From contig OZ024740.1 of assembly GCA_964016885.1 (NCBI GenBank), forward strand, positions 183,830,001 to 183,894,000: a stretch of 64,000 nucleotides of DNA. Direction: 5' to 3'. The position numbers were made by a program, and so were the translations under genes. Shown here one piece after another: positions 28,181 to 46,450 of the stretch; positions within the stretch are counted from its first letter, which is position 1, and every line of letters begins with the position of its first letter. The notes under the pieces were generated by a model that worked only from the letters and a program-made list of their open reading frames with translations, was not told where the DNA came from and did no database searches. The stretch comes from Eledone cirrhosa. Taxonomy: Eukaryota.

Positions 28181-31100
28181 TCATATATATAGAGTATTGC
28201 AAAGCTTTTTGGGCCAATGTACTCGGCGACCACTACGTGTGGTGGTGACATATGTAGGTGTAGGGGGAGAAGGTGTGTGCAATGTTGCATGTGTAGCCTG
28301 TGTTGGCTGATGCAGAGTATATGTAGGGGGAATATGGGGCTGCTGTGTGGGAGTGTCTGTAAAGGCCCGTTTCATCCTATCGATGGATACAGTCTCTTTT
28401 TTACCACCAATGTCCAGAGTGAACAGTTTATCTGTGCGTGCAAGCACATGATAAGGACCGGTATAAGGTGACGTGAGAGGAGCTCTCACGGCATCCTTCC
28501 GTAGAAAGACGTGGGTCCACGAAGCAATGTCTTTCGGGACCGAAGAATTTATTGTCTGTTGCCGAGGGTTCATAGGCGGAAGATTGTCACAATAAGATCG
28601 CAGTCTGTTCACATACAGAGCTGGATCTGATTCAGGTAAATCCATTGGGGTCAACATCTGACCCGGCAAAGATATAGGTACTCCGTAAACCAGTTCAGCT
28701 GGGGAGTATCCTAGATCCTCCTTGATAGCTGCACGACAGCCAAGAAGGACAATTGGTACATACTCGATCCATTGCTGTTGATCCGGATAAGCGCGCAATG
28801 CGGCTTTCAATTGGCGGTGGAAACGCTCTATCATTCCCTTCGAAGCTGGATGAGAGCTAGTCGTTCGGATGCGCTTAATTCCCAGGATCCTTGAAAGTTC
28901 TCGGAAGAGATGGGACTCAAACTGTTCACCACGGTCCGTGGTGACAGTGGTTGGAACTCCGTAACGCGATATCCAACCCGATACTAGGGCTCGCGCTACA
29001 GATTCCGCCGAAATTTCACATAAAGGAACGGCTTCAGGCCAACGTGTGAAGCGATAAATACAGGTCAGGAGATAGGTAAATCCTTGGCTGACCGGCCAAG
29101 GTCCAACGAGATCTATATGGACATGACTGAACCGAGCGTCTGGAGTGCTGAAAGTTCCGAGGGGTGCGCGGATGTGTTTGTGCACCTTTGACTGGCAGGA
29201 CAAGCAGGAACGTATCCAGGTAGTGATGTGACGCCTCATATTCGGCCAGAAGAATCTAGCCGAAATGAGCTTCACTGTGGTTCCAGGGTGTGCTAGACCG
29301 TGCAAGGTCTCGAAAACTGCACGACGATGAGTCGCTGGAACTAGAGGACGAGGTGAATACGTAGAGGTGTCACAAAAAATATGTGTGTCCGAAGTGGGCA
29401 CAGGTTGATATGAAAATTTGCCAGTTGCAAATTCAGGAGACGAAAGATCCAAGGTGTCCAGGGGTGGCTGTTCTGTGGCTATCCGTTGAATGTCAATATC
29501 CGAAGGTGATGACAGGGAATTGATTGGGAGGCGAGACATGGCATGTGCCGCCGCATTCTGCTCACCGGAGATGTGTCGGATATCGCTGGTAAATTGCGAA
29601 ATGTAGTCCAAATGACGAGTTTCGCGAGGTGAATATTTATCCGGCTTAGAACGCAGTGCGAACGTAAACGGACGATGATCAGTGTAGATCGCAAATTGAC
29701 GACCCTCCAGTGAATGCCGAAAGTGTTTCACAGCGAGGTACATAGCTAGGAGTTGACGGCCGAACGTGCTATATTGTGTATCTGCAGGTTTCAGTTGTCT
29801 CGAGAAGTACGCGAGAGGTTGTAATTGTTGTTGGTGATGATGTTGCAAAACTGCACCTACAGCTGTGCCCGATGCATCAACGACCAGTGAAAACTGGACA
29901 CCAGACACAGGATGTGCAAGTAACGATGTCTCCGCAAGTTTCTGCTTCACTTCGTTGAAGGCTTTTAGCTAACTCGTGTCCAGTGTGATGGATTCATTTT
30001 TCCTTTTCCTGTTACGTAACAGGTCAGACAGAAGAGATAGGAGATCCGCACAGTGTGGGATAAAACGTCTGTAGTAGTTCAGCAGACCAAGGAAATGTCG
30101 TAGCTGTCGAAGTGAAGTGGGTGGTTGAAGGTCTTGCAGAGCTTTCACTTTGTAAGGCAGTGGTGAGATTCCCTCAGGGCTGATAACGTGACCCAAGAAG
30201 ACAAGTGAAGACGCACCGAAAACACATTTCGCCGGGTTGATTCGCACCTGATACTGCTGAAACCGCTCAAACAGTAGACGGAGGTGAGTGACATGTTCCT
30301 CGGGTGAGGCACTTGCCACGAGGATGTCATCAATGTAGTTATACACGAAGTCCAAATCGCGCACAACTTCATCCATGAAACGTTGGAAAGTACTGGCTGC
30401 GTTTCGCAAACCGAAAGGCATAGCCAGAAATTCGAACGCTCCGAAAGGAGTTGTTACAGCAGTTTAGGTATATATGCCGGGTTCATTGGAATCTGCTGGT
30501 AAGCCTTGACCAAATCCAATTTGGAGAATGTCTTACATCCATGAAGCGAAGACGCGAAATCTTGTATGTGTGGGATCGGGTAGCGATCGAGTACCGTCAT
30601 CGCGTTTAACCGGCGAAAGTCCCCAGTGGGACGCCAATCACCGGAACGCTTCGGAACCAAATACAAAGGAGCGGCCCACGGACTTGAGGATGGGCGTATG
30701 ATCCCCAGCTGTAGGATGTGGTTAAATTCAACCTTCGCTGCTTTCAATTTCTCCGCAGGGAGGCGGCGAGGGCGAGAAAATACAGGGGCGCCAGAAGTTT
30801 CGATATAATGTTTTGTGCAGTGAATAGGCTTGCTCACCACAAAATTCAAATTTGTCAATTCCGGGAAGGAATTTAGAAGCGACTGGAAGGGGTCCTCTGA
30901 AGCGGCGATGAAGAATACCTGGTTGATAGATGAGACAGTAGATTTCAAACCCGGAGCGGAGAGTTCCGTCTTAGCATCCAACAACCGGCGTCTGCGCATA
31001 TCCACTAAGAGGTTATAGTGGTGCAGGAAATCCGAGCCTAGAATAAGGTAAGGCAAATCAGCGACCGTGAAAATCCACGTGAAGTCTCTTCGCAATTCCA

Positions 31101-31290
31101 GGTTCAAAGAACGAGAAATTTGACCATACGTGGAGATAGGAGAATGATTTACGGCTTGCAGAGAAATGGATGAAACTGGCGGCTTCTCTTTGAGAAGTTT
31201 TAGTGGCCATATGCTGCAAGCAGCGCCTGTATCCACAAGACATCGATCTTGGGAAAACGTGTCAGTTATAAAGAACGCACGATTATTTGG
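28181..31290 (-). pseudogene. Gypsy pol (PR-RT-RNaseH-integrase) with a frameshift at ~30455 and an in-frame stop at 29969
   Basis: [74 protein letters not shown]. Confidence 0.93.
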
Positions 31291-32118
31291 GAGCGTCAGA
31301 AGTGTCTGTGCCGTGCTCAGGTCTCCTGAAATCCGTTTCCCTGGATGTAAAACGAGCAGGGCTGGTTACAAGAGCGTGCCGCCGCGCCAAAACGGCTGTG
31401 GTAGTAGCACAGTCCTGGCTTGCTTGTGCGGCGGCGGCGTGGCGAGGGCGAACGGCTCTGGAAGCGACGTATGGGCGATTGAGTCCTGGAGGTACTCAAT
31501 TTTCTCACCTATTTGGTGAGTTGCTCTATGGCTTGAAATATTTCCACAGACGCCAGTGAGTGATCGGTGTGGAAGGCCGCTGCTCGAGAGAACAAAGAGA
31601 CCGCAGCCGGTGACTGAGGTGCAACATAGGAGGCAGGGTTTCAAGTGACACTTATAATTTTGTCGGCCGAAGCTGCTAGCTGGTCGACTGTGGTAGACTC
31701 CATCATAGGCGCTAAAATCGCCTGAACACCGGGCGGCAGCCTTGAAAAGAAAAGCTGTCTAAGGAGGGCGATGTCAGCTGGGGCGTCTTCCGCCAGCTCT
31801 TTCATGCGACGCAGAAGTTGTGTGGGCGTCCGATCACCCAAACGTTCGTCATTGACGAGTGTCTGGAATTTTTTCTCCGCGGAAAACGTGGTCCGTCGCA
31901 AAACCTCGCGTTTTACGCTCTCATAGGAGACTCCAGGGGCAGGATCAGTTATTAAATCTTTAATAACCGTCGTTAATGCCCGCCGGGAAAGCACCCAAAA
32001 GCATGTGCAGTTGTCTAACTTCAGACGTAATGTTGTTCGCGGTAATGTACGACTGACTCTATTTGTGCGAACCAAACATTTACATCGCCGGTAAACGCTG
32101 GCATGAGGTGCTACCCAT
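31290..32118 (-). pseudogene. Gypsy gag (frameshifted)
   Basis: [49 protein letters not shown]. Confidence 0.85.
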
Positions 32119-32363
32119 CTTGAATTATGGTATTCCGTAACAGCAAAACGCAGGCCAAGAGGAATATGTTAAGAAATGTCACAGAGGAAAATGTTAAGAA
32201 TAAAAAAAGATTTTTTTTATATTTTTCAAAAAGGCGTTGCCTTTAAATCAAATTGGCTGGCAAACAAACGCTGAAGATATATAATGGCCATTCGTAACGA
32301 TCATTTTTTTTTTTTTTTCCGTTAATAATGTCGATACAAAATGTGTTTGTGCATGCAGGCAAA

Positions 32364-33640
32364 TCTATATAGATAAAACTGAGGTTGTCTGTCTGTCTAT
32401 CGATTTTGGCACACATCTCCTCTTAGAATCTCTCACGGAATTGCACCGAAATTGCTACACTTGTACATTGAGCCCTAGCGAAGACATCGGAACAAAATAT
32501 TTCAAATTGACCCGCCCTATCTGACGAAATCGAATATAATGTATCGATTTTTGAGCGTAAGTGATCAGTTATTTCCCTTTGTTCTGTTTACATTCAGCGT
32601 AGCGTCTTACGTTCTCTTTACATTTTCTGCGTGCAAAAATAAAAAAAATGATTTCCCTTTGTTCTGTTTACATTCAGCGTAGCGTCTTACGTTCTGTTTA
32701 CATTTTCTGCGTGCAAAAATTAAAAAAATTATGCTGCCAAAAATTAAAAAAATTACGCTGGCTTTCTCAGCGTTTAAAATGACATTAACACAATACACGA
32801 ACAGTTGTCGAGCCAGCAAAATTTTGACCTGCAAAATTCATCAGTTCGAACACTAAGCTTCCGTTTTGCTTCATTTCCATTTAAAAGCCTTTTAAAACAA
32901 TATTTTTACTTGAAAACAAGTCTATTTAAAGACTACGTAAAACAAGCAAATATTTCGTAAAAAAAAGCAAAAATTATATAAGTTTATTTAAAATATATGT
33001 ATCTGTAAATTTCGTTAGGCGTGCAGACAGACAGTCGTGCAGACAGATAGTCGTGCAGAGAGGTGATATACGCGTGCAGACAGATAGTCGTGCAGAGAGG
33101 TGATATAGGCGTGCAGACAGACAGTCATGCAGAGAGGTGATATAGGCGTGCAGACAGATAGTCATGCAGAGAGGTGATATAGGCGATTATTTCCCTTTTA
33201 TGGAATGAGCAGACGATTAGCGAATGTGCAGACGATTAAGTAAATCTTTAGTAGAGTGAATTGGAATCTCCAGTTTGTTTAATAGCTTCATTTGCACTGT
33301 ACTGCCTTTGTATGCTACAACGCTTTAAAAGTTCGGCGAGTTCATTACTTCGTAAGTTATTGATATTTATTTTTTTATTACGACGGTTAGCAAACTTTCC
33401 CTATTAAACGTTTAAATTAATTTTACGGTCTTATAAGGCTGAATTTACTTTAATTCGGGTTATCGTTATGTTTTCTTAACTTCATAAGGCATATTGCTGG
33501 TTGAGGGAATATTAATCAAAAACACCACATGCAAGTCTGCACAGTAGACACTACAGTTTTTAAGCCAAAAAAGAAACTTAACATTGTAACTTTAACACAG
33601 CTACTGAGCGACCCCGAGCAACGCCGGGCTTTACTGCTAG
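32364..33640 (+). mobile_element. Non-autonomous Helitron nested in the Gypsy 5' leader
   Basis: A|TCTATATAGATAAAA ... CCCGAGCAACGCCGGG hairpin, 8 nt, CTAG|T; no TSD. Confidence 0.85.
33016..33185. repeat. 37-bp minisatellite (gtgcagacagatagtc + gtgcagagaggtgatataggc) inside the Helitron
   Basis: About 4 tandem units visible. Confidence 0.85.
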
Positions 33641-33749
33641 TGATAAATATAATGATAACGAAATAATTGTTCTAAACAACAACACGTTCAGTTTTTTTTT
33701 CTTTGTGACAGCGTTCTTTCTTTCATATTTGTTGTACCAAAATGTTCGT

Positions 33750-33767
33750 ATCACGTCGGCGTCACCA
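33750..33767 (-). other. Primer-binding site, tRNA-Trp type
   Basis: TGGTGACGCCGACGTGAT, 2 nt inside the 5' LTR; complementary to the tRNA-Trp 3' end ATCACGTCGGGGTCACCA (1 mismatch). Confidence 0.85.
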
Positions 33768-33769
33768 TT

Positions 33770-34125
33770 TATAATTAAGAATGTAAGTCGTTAGATCAGA
33801 AGGCATTAAATAGACAAACTCCATTATAAGTATGTACTTCGTTTATTCTTGCTTCACACTGTGAAAGTCATTTTGCCTGTATTTCCATGTGTGAGATACG
33901 ACAGGATATGGCGTGTCGAAGAATCGACGTCTTGACGATAGCAGGTTTATCTGGAGACAGATCTTCTGATTTAACTTCCGTTCTCTGGTCTAAGTAGTCC
34001 AGTTACCTGTATCGCTACGCCGAAGGTTTTGATTGGCTCACATTTCAGCCAGTTTACTTCCGTAACATTTTTCTTCCGCCGAAGTAAAATACATTTAATT
34101 ACAAAGGATATATATTACTGCTACA
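33770..34125 (-). repeat. 5' LTR
   Basis: Direct repeat of 27574-27929. Confidence 0.93.
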
Positions 34126-34569
34126 AGTATAGTGACTGCTTTTCGCTCGGTACGTCTAAACAGATTAAATATGATGGTTGAATTTGGTTTTAAATGTTTT
34201 TTTCCGCTTCATGTAACAAGTTATGTCTTGTGAGACTATGGCTGCTCTGAAGAAAACATCAGCATATATACCACACATTTTGGAAAGCAACACGTTAAGT
34301 TAATAGGACATTTGTATGGGGTTAGATATATGTACAAATTATTGGTTTCTAGCTTAGTTTCTACAGTTAGATGCCGTTACTATCATCACACACCATAGAA
34401 AGTTAACCGGGGCATATTTAGTGACACCAACACTAGAGAGGTTATCGTATTGTGACAGAAGAACCTTTTTTACCCTATAGTATTAAACTCAAATTGTTAT
34501 ATCAGATATACAAGTACGACTTATACAGAGATTGGTGACGGATTTACAAGGAGGAACTGCAGAGCACAA

Positions 34570-34785
34570 GGATTTGTATTTTAGGCAAAGGGCCAGTAAA
34601 TGTGCGAAGTGGGACTACTCAAGTAAATCAACTCCAGTACCTGATTGGTACATTATTTTATCGAACCTGGAAAGATGAATTACAAAGCTGACCCCAATAA
34701 GATTTGTATTCGAAATATAAAGAACTGTGATTAAATGACATAAAACATTTTGCCCGACGCTCTAATGATTATGCCAACCTAATAC
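34570..34785 (-). mobile_element. Degenerate SINE
   Basis: Diverged similarity to the 21270-21453 family. Confidence 0.55.
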
Positions 34786-35042
34786 CCTTTGCAATAATAA
34801 AAATGGATGAAAGAAAACTAGATAGACGCACGTTAATTGTTCACATTCCTATTATATATAGCATTCTTCAAAAGAACACCAACAATGAAATAACCAGGAA
34901 ATTAATTATGAAAAGTATATTAATATCAAACAAAAAATCAACACATTGACACAACACATGAAATAAATCATGAAAATGACCGCCAGTTAGTAGCTAAACA
35001 AAGATAAATACATTGACGAATGTTTTCAGTTATAACATCATT

Positions 35043-36290
35043 TGGTAAAGTCTATGCTAAGTGTATGGCAAAGAGATGTAGGCCGGTCTTTGAGTTCAAG
35101 CTAGCTGATTAACCATGCGGTATTTGCCCTAGACTCAGCACAGTCGACCAAATATTCACACTACAGCAGGCTTTGACAAATCGACGGAGTACTGCCAAGA
35201 GGTGTGACCTTGATTTGTGGACATCAAAAATGCATATGACCACGTTCCACGGGACGTGCTGTGGGAGGTTCTGAAGGCGTATGCTATTTGTGGCTCTCAT
35301 GTCTCAATAGGAATATTCGAGTATTTGTGTTAAATGGTGCTAAATTGATATCATTCAACGTGGGAGTCGGACACCGACAAGTGTGTTTTTTATCACTTCT
35401 CCTGTTCATTATTTCATGAATAGGATTGACATGCGCAGCAAGGATGGAAGTGGTCTCACGACTGGCAGGCTGCAGGTGTAGGATCAGTCAGCAAGAACCA
35501 CCAGATAATATGGTATTACTTAACTCGACAGACGGTAATCTATGAATACCATTTGATAAGTTTGATGTCAAAAGATGCATGGCTGGAATGTAAATAAATG
35601 CTACGAAAACTGAAACAGTCGGCCTCTCAAGGAAGCCTGCAGAGTGAACCCTACATTTGAATGAAGTTCCACTGAAGCAGGTGGAAAGGTTCAAGTATCT
35701 CGGGCCAGTGTTCATGTGTGATGGAAGACAGGAGGCTAAATTAAGTGCAAGTATTGCAGGAGCTGCTGCAGTAATGCGCCAGCTTCAGCATTCGGTAATC
35801 AGAAGAAAGGAGGAATGTGCGAAAGCCAAACTCACTATCTTCAATTCTATATTCGTGCTAACCTTTAACTATGACCATGAATCTTAGTTAATGACCGTAA
35901 GAAATCAATCCCGAATACACGCGGCTAAAATGGGGTTCCTCCGAAGGGGATTTCGAGTAAGCTTATTCGATAGAGTGTGTAGCTCGGAAATCAGAGGTCA
36001 CTCCAGTTAGAGCCTCTAATTCTTCGAATTGCAGCTCCGATATTGTGGATATGGGGTTAGAATGTCTCAAGAAAGAATCATTGATCAGATTCTACGGGCA
36101 AAACCAACTGGCAGGAAACTCAGGTGTTGACACCGAGCAAGATGGTTGGATAACATACATGAGTTTGGCTGGCCTTGTTTGGAGAGCAAGCCTGATCAGT
36201 TGGAGAGGGTTGCTTCTGACAAGAACCGGTGGAAGGAATGTTTGAGGACTCTGCCCCAACAACCCTCAGAGGAATACGTGACCGAAGAAG
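35043..36290 (+). pseudogene. Degraded RTE-clade LINE RT region
   Basis: GKVYAK, STVDQIFTLQQ, LKQVERFKYLG, R.RWLDNI; many stops. Confidence 0.8.
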
Positions 36291-36460
36291 AATATTATTC
36301 CAATAATCATTTGTTGCTTACTACAAAATGCGCCAGTTTTACGATAGTATCATCATTTTATCCAAACCGAATATGTTTTGGAACATTTATGGACTTAGCA
36401 GTATTAATGTTCCAAACTGAATACAAAGTACTAATAAGGAAATATGAAAAATATGTAGTG

Positions 36461-36496
<36 letters not shown>

Positions 36497-36608
36497 CACT
36501 CGCACACGCACTCTCATACACTTTCACGAACACTGACATATATGTATGTACGTATATATATATATATATATATCATATATATATATCATATATATATATA
36601 TATATATC

Positions 36609-36667
<59 letters not shown>

Positions 36668-36816
36668 CGCGTGTGTGTATGTGTGTTTGTGTGTGTGTGT
36701 GTGTGTGTGTTTGTATGGGTGTGTGTCTGTGTGTGTGTGTCAGTGTGTGTCAGTGTGTATATATGTATATGTGTGTATATTATGCACACGAGAGACAGGC
36801 ACACGCACACACACAC

Positions 36817-36851
<35 letters not shown>

Positions 36852-38007
36852 CCTGTTCTCTGTGTGCATAATACATCTATCCTTCTCTGTGTGTATATAT
36901 GCGCATGCATAATATTTCGCCACCCCCTCTCTCTCTATATATATGTGTGTGTGTGTATGTGCGTGTGCGTGTACGTGTGTGTGTGTATTTGCATATTTAC
37001 ACAGAATGAGTGAGAGAGAGAGAGCGTATTGGAGAGGGAATGAAAGATAAACAGGGAGAAATATAGAGAGCATGATTGATAAAGAAGAGGCATGGCGGAA
37101 ATTGCACAGAGTTAGAAATCTGCTTTTAGCCATAAAACGAAGACCGATTCTGTATCACAGGCAAATTTATTGAAAGAGAAAGTTAAATATGATATTACAA
37201 TTAAGTTAGTGTCTGAATCATTCTCTAAAAATTCTTTTGTACCTATTATGAGAAATTATTAATAGCTGGAAACCTTTCGGTCTTCCGTTTCTGTCCATAA
37301 CCGAGCAAGTTGTCATCCCTGTATTGTTTAGCGATGGTAAATAATGTAGCAACAAAGATAACATATGTGGCCAACTTGCTGTGTATTCTCAGATGAGAAG
37401 AAAATTGAATATAGATGATATATGTATAATTTTATCAATATCTCTATGAATTGTTGTAGTGGTGATTGTGGCGTGGTCATGCTTATGAGTATAGTTGTTG
37501 TAGTTTAGATGATGGTGGCTGTGCTGTTGTTGCCAAAATTATTCCCTTCCGCATAGTTTTTTTCGTGATGGAAGCTTTGAGATCTGTAATGTATGCCAAC
37601 GAGATACTCATCACTTATCTACATATACACAATGTCTCTTCTACATATAGCAGTAAACTATACTCCTTTTCTCCTTTCTCTTTTTCTCTGTTATTCGCTC
37701 TGTTATTCTGCTTACTTTAGCATGAAAGAAAAGATGATGGTGGCTGGAATTACTGATATTTTGGTCTATGAATAATCTGTCAGAGTAACTAACATTACAT
37801 ACAGAGAAAGACGTTTATTGTAATCACTTAAAGACCAAAGCTTTTTTGATAACAATAATTAGTCAACAACATTAGAGGCGGCCTCAACTATATATATAGA
37901 AAGAGAAATATAAGTATATATATATAGTAAAGAGTTAATGCACTGAACAGTGGTCTTACTTGTCTAAACTTGTAACTCTCAATCTATCAATGTATATATA
38001 TATATAT

Positions 38008-38193
38008 AATTGTTTCTACTTTAGGCACAAGGGCAGCAATTACCTAGTGCATTACTGGTACTTTATTTTATCTACTCCTAGGGATGAAAGGCAAAGTCAA
38101 CCTCGGCGGGATTTGAATTCAGATCGTAAAGGGACGTAACTGTGCTGTAAAGCATGGCGTCCGACCCTCTACCGATACTGCCAATCCACCGCC
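38008..38193 (-). mobile_element. tRNA-derived SINE
   Basis: Reverse complement of the GGCGGTGGATTGGCAGTATCGG... family. Confidence 0.85.
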
Positions 38194-38248
38194 CTTATAT
38201 ATATATATATATAATATGAGATCAAAAGATGGTTAAAAGAGTTCCAAG

Positions 38249-38319
38249 TATTTTATTATGCGCATTTCAAAAACAAATATCATCATGGGATGATATCTGA
38301 GTTATCATCAGATAAAATA
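38249..38319 (-). ncRNA. Type-I hammerhead ribozyme in a solo island between (TA)n tracts
   Basis: TATTTTAT CTGATGA (..CAGATATCATC ccat GATGATATTTG..) GAAA TGCGCA TA ATAAAATA. Confidence 0.78.
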
Positions 38320-38413
38320 GGGATACATGATATGAAGCTTAAAAAACACTTGTGAATAGTGAAGTTTTAAATCAATATATATATATAAATATATATATAC
38401 GTATATATATAAT

Positions 38414-38489
<76 letters not shown>

Positions 38490-38502
38490 TTTTAATATAG
38501 AT

Positions 38503-38555
38503 GAGATTCTACAGGACTAGAACTGTTTCATTCTTTAGAAATCATCAGAAATCTC
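38503..38555 (-). ncRNA. Type-I hammerhead ribozyme in a solo island between (TA)n tracts
   Basis: GAGATTT CTGATGA TTTC TAAA GAAT GAAA CAG ttctagtc CTG TA GAATCTC. Confidence 0.8.
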
Positions 38556-38618
38556 CAACTCTACAATTTATTGAGTACCTTACTTACTGTGGTTACCTCC
38601 GACTCAACCCGGAATAAA

Positions 38619-38706
<88 letters not shown>

Positions 38707-39094
38707 TAGAAAGTGAGGTTTTTTTTTTTAAATGAAAAATAACCGGTGTCCTACACGAGTGAAAGTATAAGGAAAAAAGATGAAATCGAAAATCCAACTG
38801 CAGTCTTATATTTAAAAATATATATATATTTATTTTCTACCTTTACCGGTTTCGTAGTTCTTCTTCTTTTCAAAAGTAGAGTTCAGATGGAGGTTCTGTG
38901 GTTTTTCTCACATCAGGTTGGTCTTTGAATGTTACTTGTTTTATATGGAATAAAGTGGCTCGAAACACCAGGTTTTTAGAGAAGTAATTTGATTGGTTGG
39001 TAATTAATTATAATAAATTTCGCGCCAGTTCGCGTTACAAAGTTCTTAAAACAAGGCAAGCTGTTTTTTCATATATGACTGTGTTTCATATATG

Positions 39095-44300
<5,206 letters not shown>

Positions 44301-44854
44301 TTTAATTGTGTGCTTGTGTGTGTGTGTGGGTGTGTGTGTATGTGTCTGTGTATAGGAAAATGATTCTATTAGTAGAAATAGAGGAGTGTGTTGTGTGTGT
44401 GTGTGTGTATATTTGGGTTTTATGTGTGTGTGTGTGTGTGTGTTTGTGTGGGAGTATGTTAACATGGAGAGTATATATATATTTTGTGTGTGTGTATATA
44501 TATGCGTATGAAAGTGATTATATTAGTAGAAATAAGGGAGCGAAGTGTGTATGTGGGGATGGGTGTTGTTATGTGTGTGTATGGGAGTTATGTGTGTGTG
44601 GGAGTATGGTTAGCTTGTTAAGATGGAGAGAATATATATATTGTGTGTGTAGGAAATTGATTCCGTTAGTAGGAATATTTTTGAATGAACATAGTTTCCT
44701 TACTTATTCGTTTTTCTTCTGTTGTATTGTCAGCGCAAACGTATGTTAAGGTTTATTTAGTTGGGGTTTTTATTTTCTAAAATGGCAGGTGTTATGTGTG
44801 TGTGTATGTGTCTGTTTGGATGGTGAACATGTTATGGTGTTGACATAATGTATA

Positions 44855-45735
44855 TTAAGCCATATTTAATGCTGGTCTATATGTTTGAATAAACATATTT
44901 TCCTTATTTATTCGTATTTGTTCCGTTGTATTGTCAGCGCAAAGGTAAAATGGGAAGACTTGGAATTCGGGTGTCTTATTACTTGCGCATATGTCTAGAT
45001 GTGCGCTTAGTAGTATCTGTCTCGTGGTTGGATCTCGTAATTGTTGGCGATGAACTGTCATTCTGTTTCTGAGTGTGAGTTTAATTTGTCCTATATAATC
45101 TTCATTGCATCCTTTACATTTAATGGCATGAAGTAGATTTTTTGACGAGCATGTGAAGTGATTTTTTACAGCAAAATTTTGTCCTGATTTAAAAGTATAC
45201 GTGTTGCCTTCACTGAGGTGAGTGCAGGTTCCACAAATAGAGCGACCACTTTTTTTGACATTTGGTTGTGGGTTTGTGGTAGGTAATTTGGCATTGGTGA
45301 GTAATGTTTTCAGTGATTTCGGTTGTCTTTTGCTTTTGATTATTTTGTGTGTTTCAAGGCTTTTTTCATTCTTGGGTCTTGTGTTATTAGTGGGATGATC
45401 TTGTGAATATTGTTGTAAGCTTCCGCATTTTTTGGGTTGTGTGTTGAGATATATGAAAGAATATTGGACGTACCTTGAAATTGTTTCTGATTTTGTAATA
45501 CATCAATGTCTATTGCTTTAGCCCTTTCTATTCCATTATTTATTAATAATGGTGGGTACTCTCTTTCGAGTAGAATTTCCTTTAATTCTTGAAGTCTTTT
45601 ATTTCGCGTTGCATAATTGGAGACAATTGTGCAAATTCTTCTTGCTAGGTTAACAGGAATGTTCGTCTTCGTGTGCTTTGGATGGTTGTAGGTGAATAGC
45701 AGATATTGTTTGGAATCTGTTGGTTTGTAGTGTAT
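44855..45735 (-). pseudogene. PLE RT thumb + CxxC linker + GIY-YIG (frameshifted)
   Basis: KPTDSKQYL...HPKHTKTNIP..LARRIC..YP; ICGTC; FTCSSKNL..IKC..C..YIGQ. Confidence 0.88.
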
Positions 45736-46307
45736 GACAGTATATATATATATTACGTTTTAATGCAGCCGTCCACCATAAAACTGTTGTTTGTGAGTTA
45801 AAGTAAATTGTGTTAAAGCTGCTTACTTTCAAAATTCATAATTTACTCATCCCTTCGTAATTATGTTATCAAATTTATATTTTATCATTCCGGTGTCTAT
45901 GAAATAAATAGATCTGAAGTACAGGGCATCAACATAATTGATGTTTAACTCAACCTTACTTACGCTGTGTCTCCGACCCTATGGTCATATATTTCTGTCC
46001 TAATCTGTTTTGTAAAGGAGTGTATATTTCTATAACACTGGTTATGATGTGGATGCAGGTATAACCAGGAGGAATGGGGCTAAAAGGCTTACTTTGAAAT
46101 TATGAGGTTATGGATTCGAATCGATACCGTGTTTTCTTTGGTCAGGGTCTTTACCATAATGTTTCATAGACCCAAACTTTGACAGTAAAATTGGGTTCAT
46201 GGAAACTATGTACAGTGGATGCACTGTCACTGTGCCTCTAATATAAAAGTCTAGTCTTGTCACGTGTTGTGTTATGCTACTTCAACTTCGGAATTACGTT
46301 TGTTGAA

Positions 46308-46450
46308 GCGCGTGGCCTAATTGTAAGGTTGTTGGACACACAATCATAATGTCATGGTTTCGAGGCTTGGACTGGGATATGTGTTGTATTCCTGAGCTAA
46401 ACACTTAAACTCGAATTGCTGTGATATTGTATTCTTGAACAGTTCGAGTA
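46308..46450 (+). mobile_element. Degenerate tRNA-derived SINE (second family)
   Basis: gcgcgtggcctaattg...ggtttcga; similar to 47908-48100. Confidence 0.55.

Larger units (their letters stand above)
27574..34125 (-). mobile_element. Full-length Ty3/Gypsy LTR retrotransposon (mutated)
   Basis: 356 bp LTRs with ~11 substitutions; TSD AGTA (27570-27573 / 34126-34129); PBS and PPT; gag-PR-RT-RH-IN order. Confidence 0.95.

Noticed and set aside
37721-37790. Possible + strand exon after a pyrimidine tract (ttactttag|CATGAAAG)
   Set aside because: All frames close quickly, there is no homology, and no partner exons are identifiable.
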